From: Bacteroidales bacterium | GTDB taxonomy: Bacteria > Bacteroidota > Bacteroidia > Bacteroidales > UBA7960 | Reading direction: 5' to 3' | Assembly (NCBI GenBank): GCA_041687035.1 | Contig: JAWLCS010000010.1 | Coordinates: 17,624-81,623, forward strand | Length of the DNA: 64,000 nt | In this document: positions 15,459 through 27,077 of the stretch, piece after piece | How positions within the stretch are numbered: position 1 is the stretch's first letter | Layout: each line of letters begins with the position of its first letter | Notes under the pieces: model-generated | Told to the model about the DNA's origin: nothing | Databases searched by the model: none | Seen by the model: only the letters and a program-made list of their open reading frames with translations | Position numbers and translations under genes: made by a program

Positions 15459-17387
15459 ATGCACAAATCACTCATTGGCTTACTGACTTTTGTCTTGTTA
15501 TTTTCTTTTTCCGCTTTCGCGGAAGCACCCGACACCCTGATCACGCTGTCGGAAGTTTCGATAAGTGCACGCCGGCAGCACGACTTCGGCGCCGGCCACA
15601 GCTCCTCCACCATCGACAGTACTATTCTTCAGCAGCAATCGCAACAGCATCTGGGCTACCTGCTAGGGCGACATTCGGGCATATTCATTAAAAGCTACGG
15701 GCCCGGAATACTGGCTTCTAATAGCCTGCGCGGCGGCCAGCCCGGACAAACGGCATTGATGTGGAATGGCTTCAGCCTGCAAAGCCCCATGAACGGACAG
15801 GCTGACCTGGCGCTGATGCCCGTATTGTTTGCCGACGAGATACAAGTTCAATATGGTGGTGGCAGCGCCCTGTGGGGCAGCGGCGCCATGGGCGGAGCCA
15901 TTTTCATAAACAACCACCGCAGCCGCCAGCTTGGCTTTTCCGCAGAAGCGGGAATAAACACGGCCAGCATTGGCGACCTTGGCCAAAGCCTGAAGCTAAG
16001 CTACGGATTGCAAAACTTTTCGACTACGTTGCGTTTTTTCAACCGCAACGCCAGCAATAAATACCGCTTTGCCAACACTACCCTTCCCGGCAACCCCGTG
16101 GAGGAACAACTTCTGGCTGGCATTTCGCAAACGGGCATTTTGCATGAAACCTGGTTCAGGCTGGGAAACAACCACCAGTTCGACCTGCGCTGGTGGTGGC
16201 AGGACAACGACCGCGACATACCTCCGGCCCTTGATTTTACCTTTTATGAATCCCGACAAAAAGATCAGAGCCTTCGCCTGAGCGGGCAGTGGCAAATGAG
16301 CCTGCCCAGGGTGCTGTTCTTCGTCAGGGGTGCCCGCTTTGAAGATTATCTGGATTATTCCGACAATTTCGATTATGTTGGAAACAGCTACTCTACCACC
16401 CTTACCGGCGAAGCCGAGGCACGCTGGAATCCCCGCAAGGGAATTATTTTTAACGGTGGAATAAACTTACAGGACATTACCGCCAAAGCCGACGAATACG
16501 ATCAGGAGGAGGGCCGCTTTAGCCTTGCCCTGTTTGCTTCGGCCAAGTGGGAGGCCATTGAAGAATCGCTCGAGTTGGTGGTGAGCGGTCGGCAGGAGTT
16601 GGTAAAAGACTATGAGATCCCCTTTGCGCCTGCCATGGGCTTTTCGTGGAAGGTGGCCCCCCAGTGGGCCGTAAAAGGCAATGCCGGCTACAGCTATCTG
16701 CTGCCTTCGCTCAACGCCCTTTTCTGGAACCCCGGCGGCAACCCCGATCTGAAACCTGAACAGGGCTGGAGTGGCGATCTGAGGCTGGAACGCAAACTGT
16801 CGAATGGTAAAAACGACAAAAGCTTCAGCCCTTTTCAGGATGTTAGCATAGGAGGCTATCATCGCAACATCAAAAACTGGATTATCTGGTTGCCCCAAGA
16901 GGACTCGTGGATATGGATGCCCGAAAATCGGGCAGAGGTGCGCAGCTATGGCATCGAAAGTCGCCTGGGCGGCCACTGGCAGCAAGGGCACAACCGCCTG
17001 CAATGGGGTGTGCGCTACGACCATACCATTGCCCGAAACACTAAAGCCGCGGTGGCCGAAGACCCTTCGCTCGACAAGCAGCTGATATACGTGCCCCGCA
17101 ACAGGGTTGGGATGAATCTGGCCTTTATTCATAAAAACCTAAGCCTGACCTACGACCACGAGATCAACGGAAAGCGTTTTACCAACAGTGACAACAGCGA
17201 GTCGCTGCCAGCTTACCACTCGGGCGATGCAGGCCTGCACTGGCACAGGAAGTTTGCTAATTATGGCCTGGGGTTAAATTTAAAAGTAGAGAATATATGG
17301 AACACCCGCTACCAAATCATTGCCAACCGGCCCATGCCGCTGCGCTTTGTGAGGGCAGGCATAAGTTTTTCCTTTCATCAAAAGTAG
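15459..17387 (+). CDS. TonB-dependent receptor, BtuB-like (inferred corrinoid transporter)
   Basis: 642 aa with a signal peptide, a TonB-box-like DTLITLSEVSISA and a plug domain (IKSYGPG...SLRGG), then a long beta-barrel. The corrinoid role is inferred only from the upstream riboswitch. Confidence 0.8.
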   Translation: MHKSLIGLLTFVLLFSFSAFAEAPDTLITLSEVSISARRQHDFGAGHSSSTIDSTILQQQSQQHLGYLLGRHSGIFIKSYGPGILASNSLRGGQPGQTALMWNGFSLQSPMNGQADLALMPVLFADEIQVQYGGGSALWGSGAMGGAIFINNHRSRQLGFSAEAGINTASIGDLGQSLKLSYGLQNFSTTLRFFNRNASNKYRFANTTLPGNPVEEQLLAGISQTGILHETWFRLGNNHQFDLRWWWQDNDRDIPPALDFTFYESRQKDQSLRLSGQWQMSLPRVLFFVRGARFEDYLDYSDNFDYVGNSYSTTLTGEAEARWNPRKGIIFNGGINLQDITAKADEYDQEEGRFSLALFASAKWEAIEESLELVVSGRQELVKDYEIPFAPAMGFSWKVAPQWAVKGNAGYSYLLPSLNALFWNPGGNPDLKPEQGWSGDLRLERKLSNGKNDKSFSPFQDVSIGGYHRNIKNWIIWLPQEDSWIWMPENRAEVRSYGIESRLGGHWQQGHNRLQWGVRYDHTIARNTKAAVAEDPSLDKQLIYVPRNRVGMNLAFIHKNLSLTYDHEINGKRFTNSDNSESLPAYHSGDAGLHWHRKFANYGLGLNLKVENIWNTRYQIIANRPMPLRFVRAGISFSFHQK

Positions 17388-17469
17388 AAAATCAACCTTC
17401 TAAAATACAACTGCCCTAATCAAACACTTTGGGGTTTTTCCAACCTTATTTTTGTTATTTTTGCCGGGT

Positions 17470-17979
17470 ATGAAAGCCATCTCAAAACTTCAGGCATTAA
17501 AGTTGCTGGTTTTGCTGGCCGGCCTCTTTGGCCTGGCCGGCTGCCAGAACGATGAAGTGTGCGAGGAAACCACCGCCAACAAGCTGCGCTTGGGCTTTTA
17601 CACACCGGTAATCACCAGCGGCAGCCCCACCCCCTATACCATCGACAGCCTAAGCGTGTATGGTGTGGGCCGGCCCGACAGCCTCATTTACAACAACCGC
17701 AAAACCGTGCGAAGCATTGAGTTGCCGCTTAACCCCACAGCCAACCGCACCGGCTTTGTACTAATTTTTCCGGAAAATATCACCGACACCCTGTGGGTTG
17801 ACTATCAGACCGAACTGAACTTCATTTCGGCCGAATGCGGCTTCACCATGTTTTTCGATATTGAACAGGTGAGCCACACCAACAACCGCATCAGCTTTTT
17901 TCAGATCAATCAAAACCTGGTAACCAATAGCCTTGAAGAACATATCAAAATACTTCTTTATCCTGATCCTGAGCCTTAG
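17470..17979 (+). CDS. small lipoprotein of unknown function
   Basis: MKAISKLQALKLLVLLAGLFGLAGCQNDE carries a lipobox (LAGC). Start moved to ATG 17470 from track start 17452. Confidence 0.55.
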   Translation: MKAISKLQALKLLVLLAGLFGLAGCQNDEVCEETTANKLRLGFYTPVITSGSPTPYTIDSLSVYGVGRPDSLIYNNRKTVRSIELPLNPTANRTGFVLIFPENITDTLWVDYQTELNFISAECGFTMFFDIEQVSHTNNRISFFQINQNLVTNSLEEHIKILLYPDPEP

Positions 17980-18598
17980 CCTTTCGGCGAAAGCTCAGCA
18001 GGAAGCCGATACACTGGTTTTCAGGCCATCGCTCAGCCTGGGCTACGATGTATCGGGGCTGGCGCTTAATTTGCTCGAGCCCGAAGTGTTTATGCACGGG
18101 GCTTCACTGGGCTATGAGTGGAGGCCCCATTGGATTGCCGCCCTCGAAATGGGAAACATGGACATTGGGGTGCAACGCGAGACGCATACTTATAAAGCCA
18201 GGGGCGTGTTTTTTCGCGCCGGAGTAAATTATAACATGCTGCAGAACAACCCTCGCATGCAGGGCGAAGAAATTTTTCTTTCGTTTCGCTATGGTTTTGG
18301 CTCCCTCACCCATGAAGCGCCGCGCATTACTGTAGATGAGCCTTACTGGGGCAGTGTAGAAAGCTCGTTTGAGCAAGCCGGTTATTCGGCTCACTGGGCC
18401 GAAATTGGCGGAGGACTGAAAACCAGGCTGTTCTGGCACATCTACATGGGTTGGGACCTGCGGCTGCGCCTTATGCTGGCCCGCAACCCAGGCTCCGAAA
18501 TGAATCCGTACTACATTAGCGGATTCGGCAGAAACAAAGGTAATTCCGCCGTAATGCTGCATTATTCCGTTTACTACAAATTTCCTTTCGGAAAATAA
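17933..18598 (+). CDS. secreted, putative outer-membrane beta-barrel protein of unknown function
   Basis: 221 aa with signal peptide ...SLSAKAQQ, alternating aromatic-rich strands and a C-terminal YYKFPFGK. TTG start overlaps the previous gene by 47 nt. Confidence 0.45.
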   Translation: MKNISKYFFILILSLSLSAKAQQEADTLVFRPSLSLGYDVSGLALNLLEPEVFMHGASLGYEWRPHWIAALEMGNMDIGVQRETHTYKARGVFFRAGVNYNMLQNNPRMQGEEIFLSFRYGFGSLTHEAPRITVDEPYWGSVESSFEQAGYSAHWAEIGGGLKTRLFWHIYMGWDLRLRLMLARNPGSEMNPYYISGFGRNKGNSAVMLHYSVYYKFPFGK

Positions 18599-18673
18599 TC
18601 ACCCGCACATACGATAATATAAAAATGTACGTTTTAACCTTGTTGAGCGTTTGTCCGACGTTTATTTGTTTGA

Positions 18674-19432
18674 ATGTTAGCATTTTTTGATCGAAAAAAC
18701 GGGAAAAATCCGCCTGTAAATGGGTATCCATATCAGGGCATGCACGGTTTACAAACGCTGCTATACTACAACTATTCTGATTCTCACATGGATTTTGCCC
18801 GTGTAAAAGAGTTCGTGCTTCAGAAACTCTCGAAGGAACTTAAACCCAGCCTTTATTACCACAATGCCCAGCACACCATCGATGTTTGCCGTTCGGTGGA
18901 AACGCTTGCCATTATGGAAAAGGTAAGTGAGGAAGAATTGCTGCTGTTGCTCACAGCTGCCGTGTATCACGATGCAGGTTTTATCTGGTCGTACGACAAT
19001 AATGAGGCCCTCGCCTGTCGCTTTGCCCGCGACACCCTGCCCGGTTTTGGCTACTCTCCCGGCCAAGTGGAACTGATTTGCCAACTCATCGAATCGACCA
19101 CCATGCCACAACAACCCCAGACCCTGCTCGAAGAAATTCTGTGCGATGCCGACCTGGACTATATCGGTCGTGACGACTTTTTTATTACCGCCCTGAGGTT
19201 GCACCGCGAGTGGAGTGAAAACAGCCTCCGCAAGATTACCTTCAGGGAATGGTATGAACGTCAACGCGATTTTGTGGAAACCCACGGTTTTTTTACCCGT
19301 TCGGCACGCCTGCTGCGCGACGAAAAGAAGAAAAAAAATCTTTCGCAAGTACGTGAATTGCTTGATTTGATTGACTCTTCAGCTGATATCAACATTAAAA
19401 AAGCCAATTACAACAAGAAATTATATTTATGA
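18674..19432 (+). CDS. HD domain phosphohydrolase-like protein
   Basis: YHNAQHTIDV and AAVYHDAGF (H...HD) match the HD superfamily. The true start may be an internal Met. Confidence 0.7.
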   Translation: MLAFFDRKNGKNPPVNGYPYQGMHGLQTLLYYNYSDSHMDFARVKEFVLQKLSKELKPSLYYHNAQHTIDVCRSVETLAIMEKVSEEELLLLLTAAVYHDAGFIWSYDNNEALACRFARDTLPGFGYSPGQVELICQLIESTTMPQQPQTLLEEILCDADLDYIGRDDFFITALRLHREWSENSLRKITFREWYERQRDFVETHGFFTRSARLLRDEKKKKNLSQVRELLDLIDSSADINIKKANYNKKLYL

Positions 19433-19505
19433 GTTAATTTTTTGTAAATTGGCTGACCGTTATTATTAACCACACTAAGCCATTAGGAACCTAACCCCAC
19501 AAAAT

Positions 19506-20357
19506 ATGGAACCTGAAAAAAAAGAAGTAATCCTTGTTGCGACCGACTTTACCAGCATTGGCGATCATGCCATTGACAATGCGGCACAAATGGCACGACT
19601 CACAGGAGCCAAGCTGATTATTCTTCACGTGGTCAACCAAACCACCAAGAGCAATTTGCAAAAAGAGAAAAAGTCTCTGGACCATGTTGGCAACAGGTTG
19701 CTGGATATCTGCAAAAATGTTGAATCAAAGTATGGCATTGAAGCCGATTACCTGGCCCCGGCCGGTAGCATCTTCACTACCATTGCAGAAACTGCCAGAA
19801 ACACCGAAGCCACCTACCTTTTTATGGGCACCCATGGCAAAAAGGGAATGCAGTTTTTGCTGGGCAGTTTTGCCCTGAAGGTGGTCACCAGTTCGCCCGC
19901 TCCAATGTTTGTTGTTAAAAAGCCTAACGGAGGCAACAAGTTCGCAAGTTTTTTGTATCCGCTCGACACTGAGCTTGGCTCAAAGCAAAAGGTAAAATGG
20001 GCCATTGAACTTCACAAATCGCTGGGTTCAACTTTCCACATACTGATTTATTACCCCAACGACGGCCCCATCCAGCGCAAAATGTCCGGCGACTTGAAGC
20101 AGGTAACCCAGATCCTCGAAAAGCATAAAATCCCTTACACAGAGACCTATCACAAGGCCTTAAAGGGTTGGAATCAGGCTATTATCGACCATGCGATAAC
20201 TAAAAAAGCCGATGCCATAATGCTTAGCACCGATCCCGAGAAAATAACCTGGAACCCCTTTGGTTCACCTGAAGAAAGGATCATTTACAATAAAGAAGGA
20301 ATCCCTGTTCTCTGCATCAATTCCAAAGACCTGAAAGTAATCATAGGTGGGCCGTGA
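19506..20357 (+). CDS. universal stress protein, tandem USP domains
   Basis: 283 aa with two USP-like halves (ILVATDFT...LHV...; GTHGKKG ATP-binding loop). Confidence 0.8.
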   Translation: MEPEKKEVILVATDFTSIGDHAIDNAAQMARLTGAKLIILHVVNQTTKSNLQKEKKSLDHVGNRLLDICKNVESKYGIEADYLAPAGSIFTTIAETARNTEATYLFMGTHGKKGMQFLLGSFALKVVTSSPAPMFVVKKPNGGNKFASFLYPLDTELGSKQKVKWAIELHKSLGSTFHILIYYPNDGPIQRKMSGDLKQVTQILEKHKIPYTETYHKALKGWNQAIIDHAITKKADAIMLSTDPEKITWNPFGSPEERIIYNKEGIPVLCINSKDLKVIIGGP

Positions 20358-22493
<2,136 letters not shown>

Positions 22494-22557
22494 CAAAAAA
22501 ACAATCAAGCCACTCGAGCCAAACAATTAATAATTAACAATTTATATTTGAAAATTA

Positions 22558-23214
22558 TCAATTGTCACCAATTACTCCATCTTTAATGGTCAGCTTCCTG
22601 TCGGCCATGTCGGCCAGTTCGATGTTGTGGGTAACAATAACAAAGGTTTGACCAAGTTTTTCGCGCAGCGAAAAGAACAGCCGGTGGAGTTCCTCTGACG
22701 ATTTTGAGTCGAGGTTTCCGCTGGGCTCGTCGGCCAGCACCACAGCCGGATTGTTTACCAGGGCCCGGGCCACTGCCACCCGCTGCTGCTCACCGCCCGA
22801 CAGCTCCGAAGGTTTATGTTCAAGGCGTTCGGCCAGCCCCAGCATATCTAGTAGTTCCTTAGCCCGTTTTTCGGCTTCGCCCTTACTCTTACCGGCAATA
22901 AAGGCCGGAATGCAAACATTTTCGAGGGCCGTAAATTCGGGCAGCAAATGATGAAACTGAAACACAAAACCAATATTTCGGTTGCGGAAATCTGAAAGCC
23001 GCTGATCATTGAATCCCTTGATGTTTTGCTGGTTAATAATCACTTCACCCTGATCATAACCGTCGAGGGTGCCAATAATATGCAGCAAAGTGGTTTTTCC
23101 GGCACCCGAGGCACCAACAATAGAAACAATTTCGCCGGCTGCAATGTCAAGGCTGATACCTTTCAGCACTTCCAGCTCGCCGTATGATTTATGAATATTC
23201 TCTGCTCGAATCAT
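22558..23214 (-). CDS. ABC transporter ATP-binding protein, LolD/MacB-ATPase-like
   Basis: 218 aa with Walker [10 protein letters not shown], signature LSGGEQQR and Walker B VVLADEP. No permease gene is adjacent. Confidence 0.8.
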   Translation of the reverse strand: MIRAENIHKSYGELEVLKGISLDIAAGEIVSIVGASGAGKTTLLHIIGTLDGYDQGEVIINQQNIKGFNDQRLSDFRNRNIGFVFQFHHLLPEFTALENVCIPAFIAGKSKGEAEKRAKELLDMLGLAERLEHKPSELSGGEQQRVAVARALVNNPAVVLADEPSGNLDSKSSEELHRLFFSLREKLGQTFVIVTHNIELADMADRKLTIKDGVIGDN

Positions 23215-23431
23215 AAACTAATATTGGTGTATTCTTTCAGAAAAATTTAGAAAAGGGGGCATTCAAAAGCCTCTTTCATATTGGGATAACAACGAAAACC
23301 CAAAGTTATCAAAGTAATTGTCAACTGCCGCACTTAATTAATAAAACCTTGCCCCATCGACAATTTTTGCAAATACAAACTAACCTATCAGGTTAATAAA
23401 TAAATTAGAATTGCGGGTGCATAAGACCCAA

Positions 23432-24121
23432 TTATCTTTCGAAGGAGGAATTTTCAATCGCCGAAATGAGTTGATTTCCCGAAAGGGCATTATAATAAAC
23501 CACCGTAACATGCAGCAGGTTTTTATCAATTAGTGTCGAAAAAATTACTTGTCTTTTTTGCTCTTCGCCCTGGTAAAGAAACACCAGGCTCATCTTTTTG
23601 AAAGGCACCTGATCGATTAACACATCGTTCACTTCGCTGTCGCATTGAAACAAGGTTGTGCCATCTATTGTCTGCCGCAATTTCTCCTGCGCCTCTGCCA
23701 CGATTTGTTCGCGGGTGTAGTAAGAAGGGATGTCCTCAACAGATTCGAGGCAGGCAAATCCAACCACCGAAAAAGCATTTCCCAGCGCCAGAAAAAGGTT
23801 GGTTTTCGCGTCAGAGCTATTTTCGAAACCCGAAATTTGCGGCATTCGCTCCCAGTCGAGCATTTCTGAATGGTCCTGCAGAATCATTCCTTGGGGAAAA
23901 ATAAGCCTCCAGCCCAGCTCAGGATGAAAAAAGGTATTGCCTTCAAAAAAGCCTGTACTGGTTTGCTCCTTATCAAAAGCCGTTTGTTTCTTTTGACGAA
24001 TGTGAGATAGCACATAAATGCCAGCAAAACAAACGGCAAATGAAACAACGGCAAAAAGGATCAGGCCACGAAAGCCCGATCCTTTTTTTTCTGGTGTATT
24101 ATTCTGAATCTCTGCGATCAT
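23432..24121 (-). CDS. hypothetical membrane-anchored protein
   Basis: 229 aa with a single N-terminal TM helix (LILFAVVSFAVCFAGIYVL). No recognised motif. Lies 38 nt downstream of the OM barrel gene. Confidence 0.45.
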   Translation of the reverse strand: MIAEIQNNTPEKKGSGFRGLILFAVVSFAVCFAGIYVLSHIRQKKQTAFDKEQTSTGFFEGNTFFHPELGWRLIFPQGMILQDHSEMLDWERMPQISGFENSSDAKTNLFLALGNAFSVVGFACLESVEDIPSYYTREQIVAEAQEKLRQTIDGTTLFQCDSEVNDVLIDQVPFKKMSLVFLYQGEEQKRQVIFSTLIDKNLLHVTVVYYNALSGNQLISAIENSSFER

Positions 24122-24159
24122 TTCAAATCAGCAACTCATGCGGCAACAATCTCTATATT

Positions 24160-25548
24160 CTAAAACAAATAATTCAGGCCGATGTAAAGACCGGTGGTGC
24201 CATCGCGCTTATCGAAGGCTTTTCCGAAATCGACCGCCACAACAAAGTTCTGGTTGATAGCGATACGCAGGCCTGCACCGGCACTCATGTGCAAGGCGTC
24301 CTTGTCATCGTCAAAGAACATTCTCAGGGTTTCTCCCTCATTTAAGCTCACACTGTTCATATCAATTTCAATCGGCGAAAAAACCAAGCCTCCGTCTACA
24401 AACCCGTTCAGGCCAAGATAAACGTTGGTCGCTCCAATATTAAAACGCACAAATTTCCAGCGCAACTCCAGGTTCGCCATGGCAATGCCGTCGCCCACAA
24501 TACGATTTCTTAAAATCCCGCGAAGGCTTTTCGAGCCACCCAGACCCTCGTTGGTGTTGCCACGCAAAAAGGAGGTAATAAGAAGCGGTTGCACATAAAA
24601 CGGGGCTTTGCCGGCAATGGTTTGTTGCAGGCCCAAACGATAAGCAAACGAGAGATCGTCTTCTATCAAAGTAAAATACTGCCTGTGGGTAAGCGATAGT
24701 TTTGCGTGCCCATAGTCACCGGTTACCAGAAATCCCGGTGCCATCATAATTACGGCTTCCGACCAGACGCCTTTCATGGGATTGGGCTCATTATCGCGGG
24801 TGTCGAACGAAACCCCAGCTTTCAGGTAATTTACCCAGCCGCCTTCTGACTCACCTTCCTCGATCAGTCCCCAATCCACATAGCGATCATACATACCCGG
24901 CACTTCGGGCAGGAGATCGTCGCCTTCCTTGCCTTTGTTCAGCTTGTCAATATCAACTGATCCAACGGAGAAATTGTAGGCTTCAAAACCCGAAACCCAA
25001 CGCAGGTTCTCACCGCTGAGCCTTCCTTGCAGGTCGATCTTGGTACGGAACATTTTGCGGTCGTGGGCATAAAAGGCCCGGCTGAGATAATCAAACTCGC
25101 CGTTCTCAAAGTCACGGTCGACCAACTCGGGCCAGTAGGCCGACTCGTAGCCGTTGAAACCATGAAAACTGTAGAGTGGGTCGGTAATGTAGCTAAGGTC
25201 GAAGGTGGTCCGTATGCCTTGTACCAGCTGATCAGAATCGTAAAAGAAGCGGTTGTAGCCGCTACCCTTGGTGAAACGCGACACTTCGAAATAAAGCGAA
25301 TGGTCGTAGCGCGGGAAGCGAGAGCCGTCGCCATAGTTGAAAAGATTGACCAGGGCGCCATATTGAAATCCGAGGTCGCTGTCGAAAGTTATTGTTGGCA
25401 AGACTCCGCCAAGTTTCCAGCCCGTTTTTACCGGGGGTTGAGACTGGGTGTCTTCGGTCTGGGCATACACTCCGGTAGTTATCACCATCGAAAGTCCCAA
25501 AACAAAGGCAAAAAGCATAAGTTTGCCAGTGGTTTCCGTTTTTTTCAT
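24160..25548 (-). CDS. outer-membrane beta-barrel protein, Omp85/surface antigen-like
   Basis: 462 aa with a signal peptide, many aromatic-terminated strands and a C-terminal GLYIGLNYLF typical of an OM barrel terminus. Confidence 0.6.
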   Translation of the reverse strand: MKKTETTGKLMLFAFVLGLSMVITTGVYAQTEDTQSQPPVKTGWKLGGVLPTITFDSDLGFQYGALVNLFNYGDGSRFPRYDHSLYFEVSRFTKGSGYNRFFYDSDQLVQGIRTTFDLSYITDPLYSFHGFNGYESAYWPELVDRDFENGEFDYLSRAFYAHDRKMFRTKIDLQGRLSGENLRWVSGFEAYNFSVGSVDIDKLNKGKEGDDLLPEVPGMYDRYVDWGLIEEGESEGGWVNYLKAGVSFDTRDNEPNPMKGVWSEAVIMMAPGFLVTGDYGHAKLSLTHRQYFTLIEDDLSFAYRLGLQQTIAGKAPFYVQPLLITSFLRGNTNEGLGGSKSLRGILRNRIVGDGIAMANLELRWKFVRFNIGATNVYLGLNGFVDGGLVFSPIEIDMNSVSLNEGETLRMFFDDDKDALHMSAGAGLRIAINQNFVVAVDFGKAFDKRDGTTGLYIGLNYLF

Positions 25549-25656
25549 TTTTTACTTGTGGTTTTAGTGGATAATTTCAAAGAACTGCAAAACCTTTCAA
25601 ACCAAATTGCAAATTAACTTTATTTTTGGATTGAAAATACACATTGATACATATTA

Positions 25657-26130
25657 TTGAAATCTGTTATGATCTCCGACCCCAAAAGCCCCTCAAAAAT
25701 CCTTTCCATTTTAATAAAAGCATCGGCTGGAACCGCTGCCAATTTCCAGTTAAATTTCTGGGGCCAGCTAATCATGGGCATGGTTTATTCTTTGGGTTAC
25801 CTCCCCTTCAATGCAGTGGGTTTGCTTTTGGGCTTTGTCATGCCCGGCATTTGGGTTCTCTGTACCTACAGGCTAATCCGGCTCGCCTCTCAGCAAGATA
25901 CCCCCCTGCCCTTCCCGCAATGGATGCAAAAAGACCCTGGCAACGTATTGATTGTTGTTGTCGACCTGGTTTTCCTGGCCATTATCTGGATCCTGATATT
26001 GACCGGCATTTTCGACAAGACCTGGATAAAAATACTTTTTACCGTAGCTTTCCCATTGCTAACCCTGTCGATGCTGAGAAACCTGCTGCAACTCCTAAAC
26101 AGGAACGAGGAAGAGAATAACGAAGTTTAA
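25657..26130 (+). CDS. hypothetical membrane protein
   Basis: 157 aa with 3-4 hydrophobic helices. Preferred over the same-strand overlapping frame 25644..26120, which is Arg/Pro/Cys-rich and not protein-like. Confidence 0.4.
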   Translation: MKSVMISDPKSPSKILSILIKASAGTAANFQLNFWGQLIMGMVYSLGYLPFNAVGLLLGFVMPGIWVLCTYRLIRLASQQDTPLPFPQWMQKDPGNVLIVVVDLVFLAIIWILILTGIFDKTWIKILFTVAFPLLTLSMLRNLLQLLNRNEEENNEV

Positions 26131-26186
26131 TTTAAATTACCGCTTTCGCGGAAAGGCTTTGGCGCCTAACGCTTTTTTTACGACTT

Positions 26187-27032
26187 TTGAACAAACCAAA
26201 ACCACGAATTATGGAAACCCACGAAATATTCAATCGCTTCTGGATCCCTTACTCTACCCAGAACCCATCGGCCATGCATATTTACGAGTTGTTTACCGGC
26301 ATGGGCGAAAAAGTGGTGCACGATCACATTGCCCTGCGTACCTTCAACGACCCGCGCATTAATATAGACGTGATTGCCCGGATTTTTACCGACAACGGTT
26401 ATGAGCAAAAAGGCAATTATGAGTTCAAGGCCAAAAAGGTGCTTGGCAGGCACTACGAGCACAAATCCGATCCGGATGCGCCAAAAGTTTTCATCAGCGA
26501 ATTGCTGCTGGAGCAATGCAGCGAGTTTGTACAAAACACCATCCGCGAAAGCCTCGACGCCATCGATCAGGCTATTTACCAAGACCCCATGCTGGTTTAC
26601 CAAGGAAGCGTCTGGGGAAAAATCCCCTTTGAAACCTACGATGCCCTTCGACAGGAAAGTGAATATGCAGCCTGGACGCTGGTATACGGATTTCGTGCCA
26701 ACCACTTTGCAATCAAAGTCAACGAATTGAAAAGATTCAGCAGGCTGCAGGAGGTCAATCAATTTGTAAAAGACAATGGTTACCTGATGAATGTAGTGGG
26801 AGGCAGCGAAATTTATGGTACACCTGACGAATTGCTCGAGCAAAGCTCCACCAAGGCCGAGATCATTCCCTTTGAGTTTTCCGACGGGGTTTTTGAAATA
26901 CCTTCTTGCTTTTATGAATTTACCCTGAGGTATCCCGACCAGCATGGCAAATTATATAGCGGTTTTATTGCTGCCAATGCCGATAAGATTTTCGAAAGCA
27001 CCAACTTTTACCAAAAACAGCCCGGCATGTAA
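26187..27032 (+). CDS. DUF1338 family protein, 2-oxoadipate dioxygenase/decarboxylase (HglS/YdcJ)-like
   Basis: 281 aa. HDHIALRTF is the characteristic DUF1338 N-terminal metal-binding motif. Confidence 0.7.
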   Translation: MNKPKPRIMETHEIFNRFWIPYSTQNPSAMHIYELFTGMGEKVVHDHIALRTFNDPRINIDVIARIFTDNGYEQKGNYEFKAKKVLGRHYEHKSDPDAPKVFISELLLEQCSEFVQNTIRESLDAIDQAIYQDPMLVYQGSVWGKIPFETYDALRQESEYAAWTLVYGFRANHFAIKVNELKRFSRLQEVNQFVKDNGYLMNVVGGSEIYGTPDELLEQSSTKAEIIPFEFSDGVFEIPSCFYEFTLRYPDQHGKLYSGFIAANADKIFESTNFYQKQPGM

Positions 27033-27077
27033 AACCCGCTGGCATTCGAAACTTGAAAGGCTGCAATTCTATTACCT

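Noticed and set aside
15211-15691. Plus-strand ORFs of 91 and 112 aa within and after the riboswitch
   Set aside because: They cover the riboswitch B12 box and the leader. The 112-aa frame runs out of frame into the receptor gene. Not coding.
16467-17132. 221-aa antisense ORF inside the TonB-dependent receptor gene
   Set aside because: It lies fully inside a well-supported CDS on the opposite strand and has a low-complexity, Gly/Ala/Pro/Val-rich translation. Typical shadow ORF.
11342-17387. Idea that the B12 riboswitch/BtuB locus is functionally part of the rSAM-peptide cluster (a cobalamin-dependent rSAM)
   Set aside because: The rSAM has no N-terminal cobalamin-binding domain; it is SPASM-type. 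The riboswitch has its own promoter box and sits after the membrane-protein gene. The adjacency is probably coincidental.
25644-26120. 158-aa ORF overlapping 25657..26130 on the same strand in another frame
   Set aside because: Its translation is Arg/Pro/Cys/His-rich with no protein-like pattern. The +1 frame gives a coherent multi-helix membrane protein. I treat it as a frame shadow, not a dual-coding or frameshift site.
26178-26945. 255-aa antisense ORF opposite the DUF1338 gene
   Set aside because: The sense frame carries the diagnostic HDHIALRTF motif. The antisense translation has no features.
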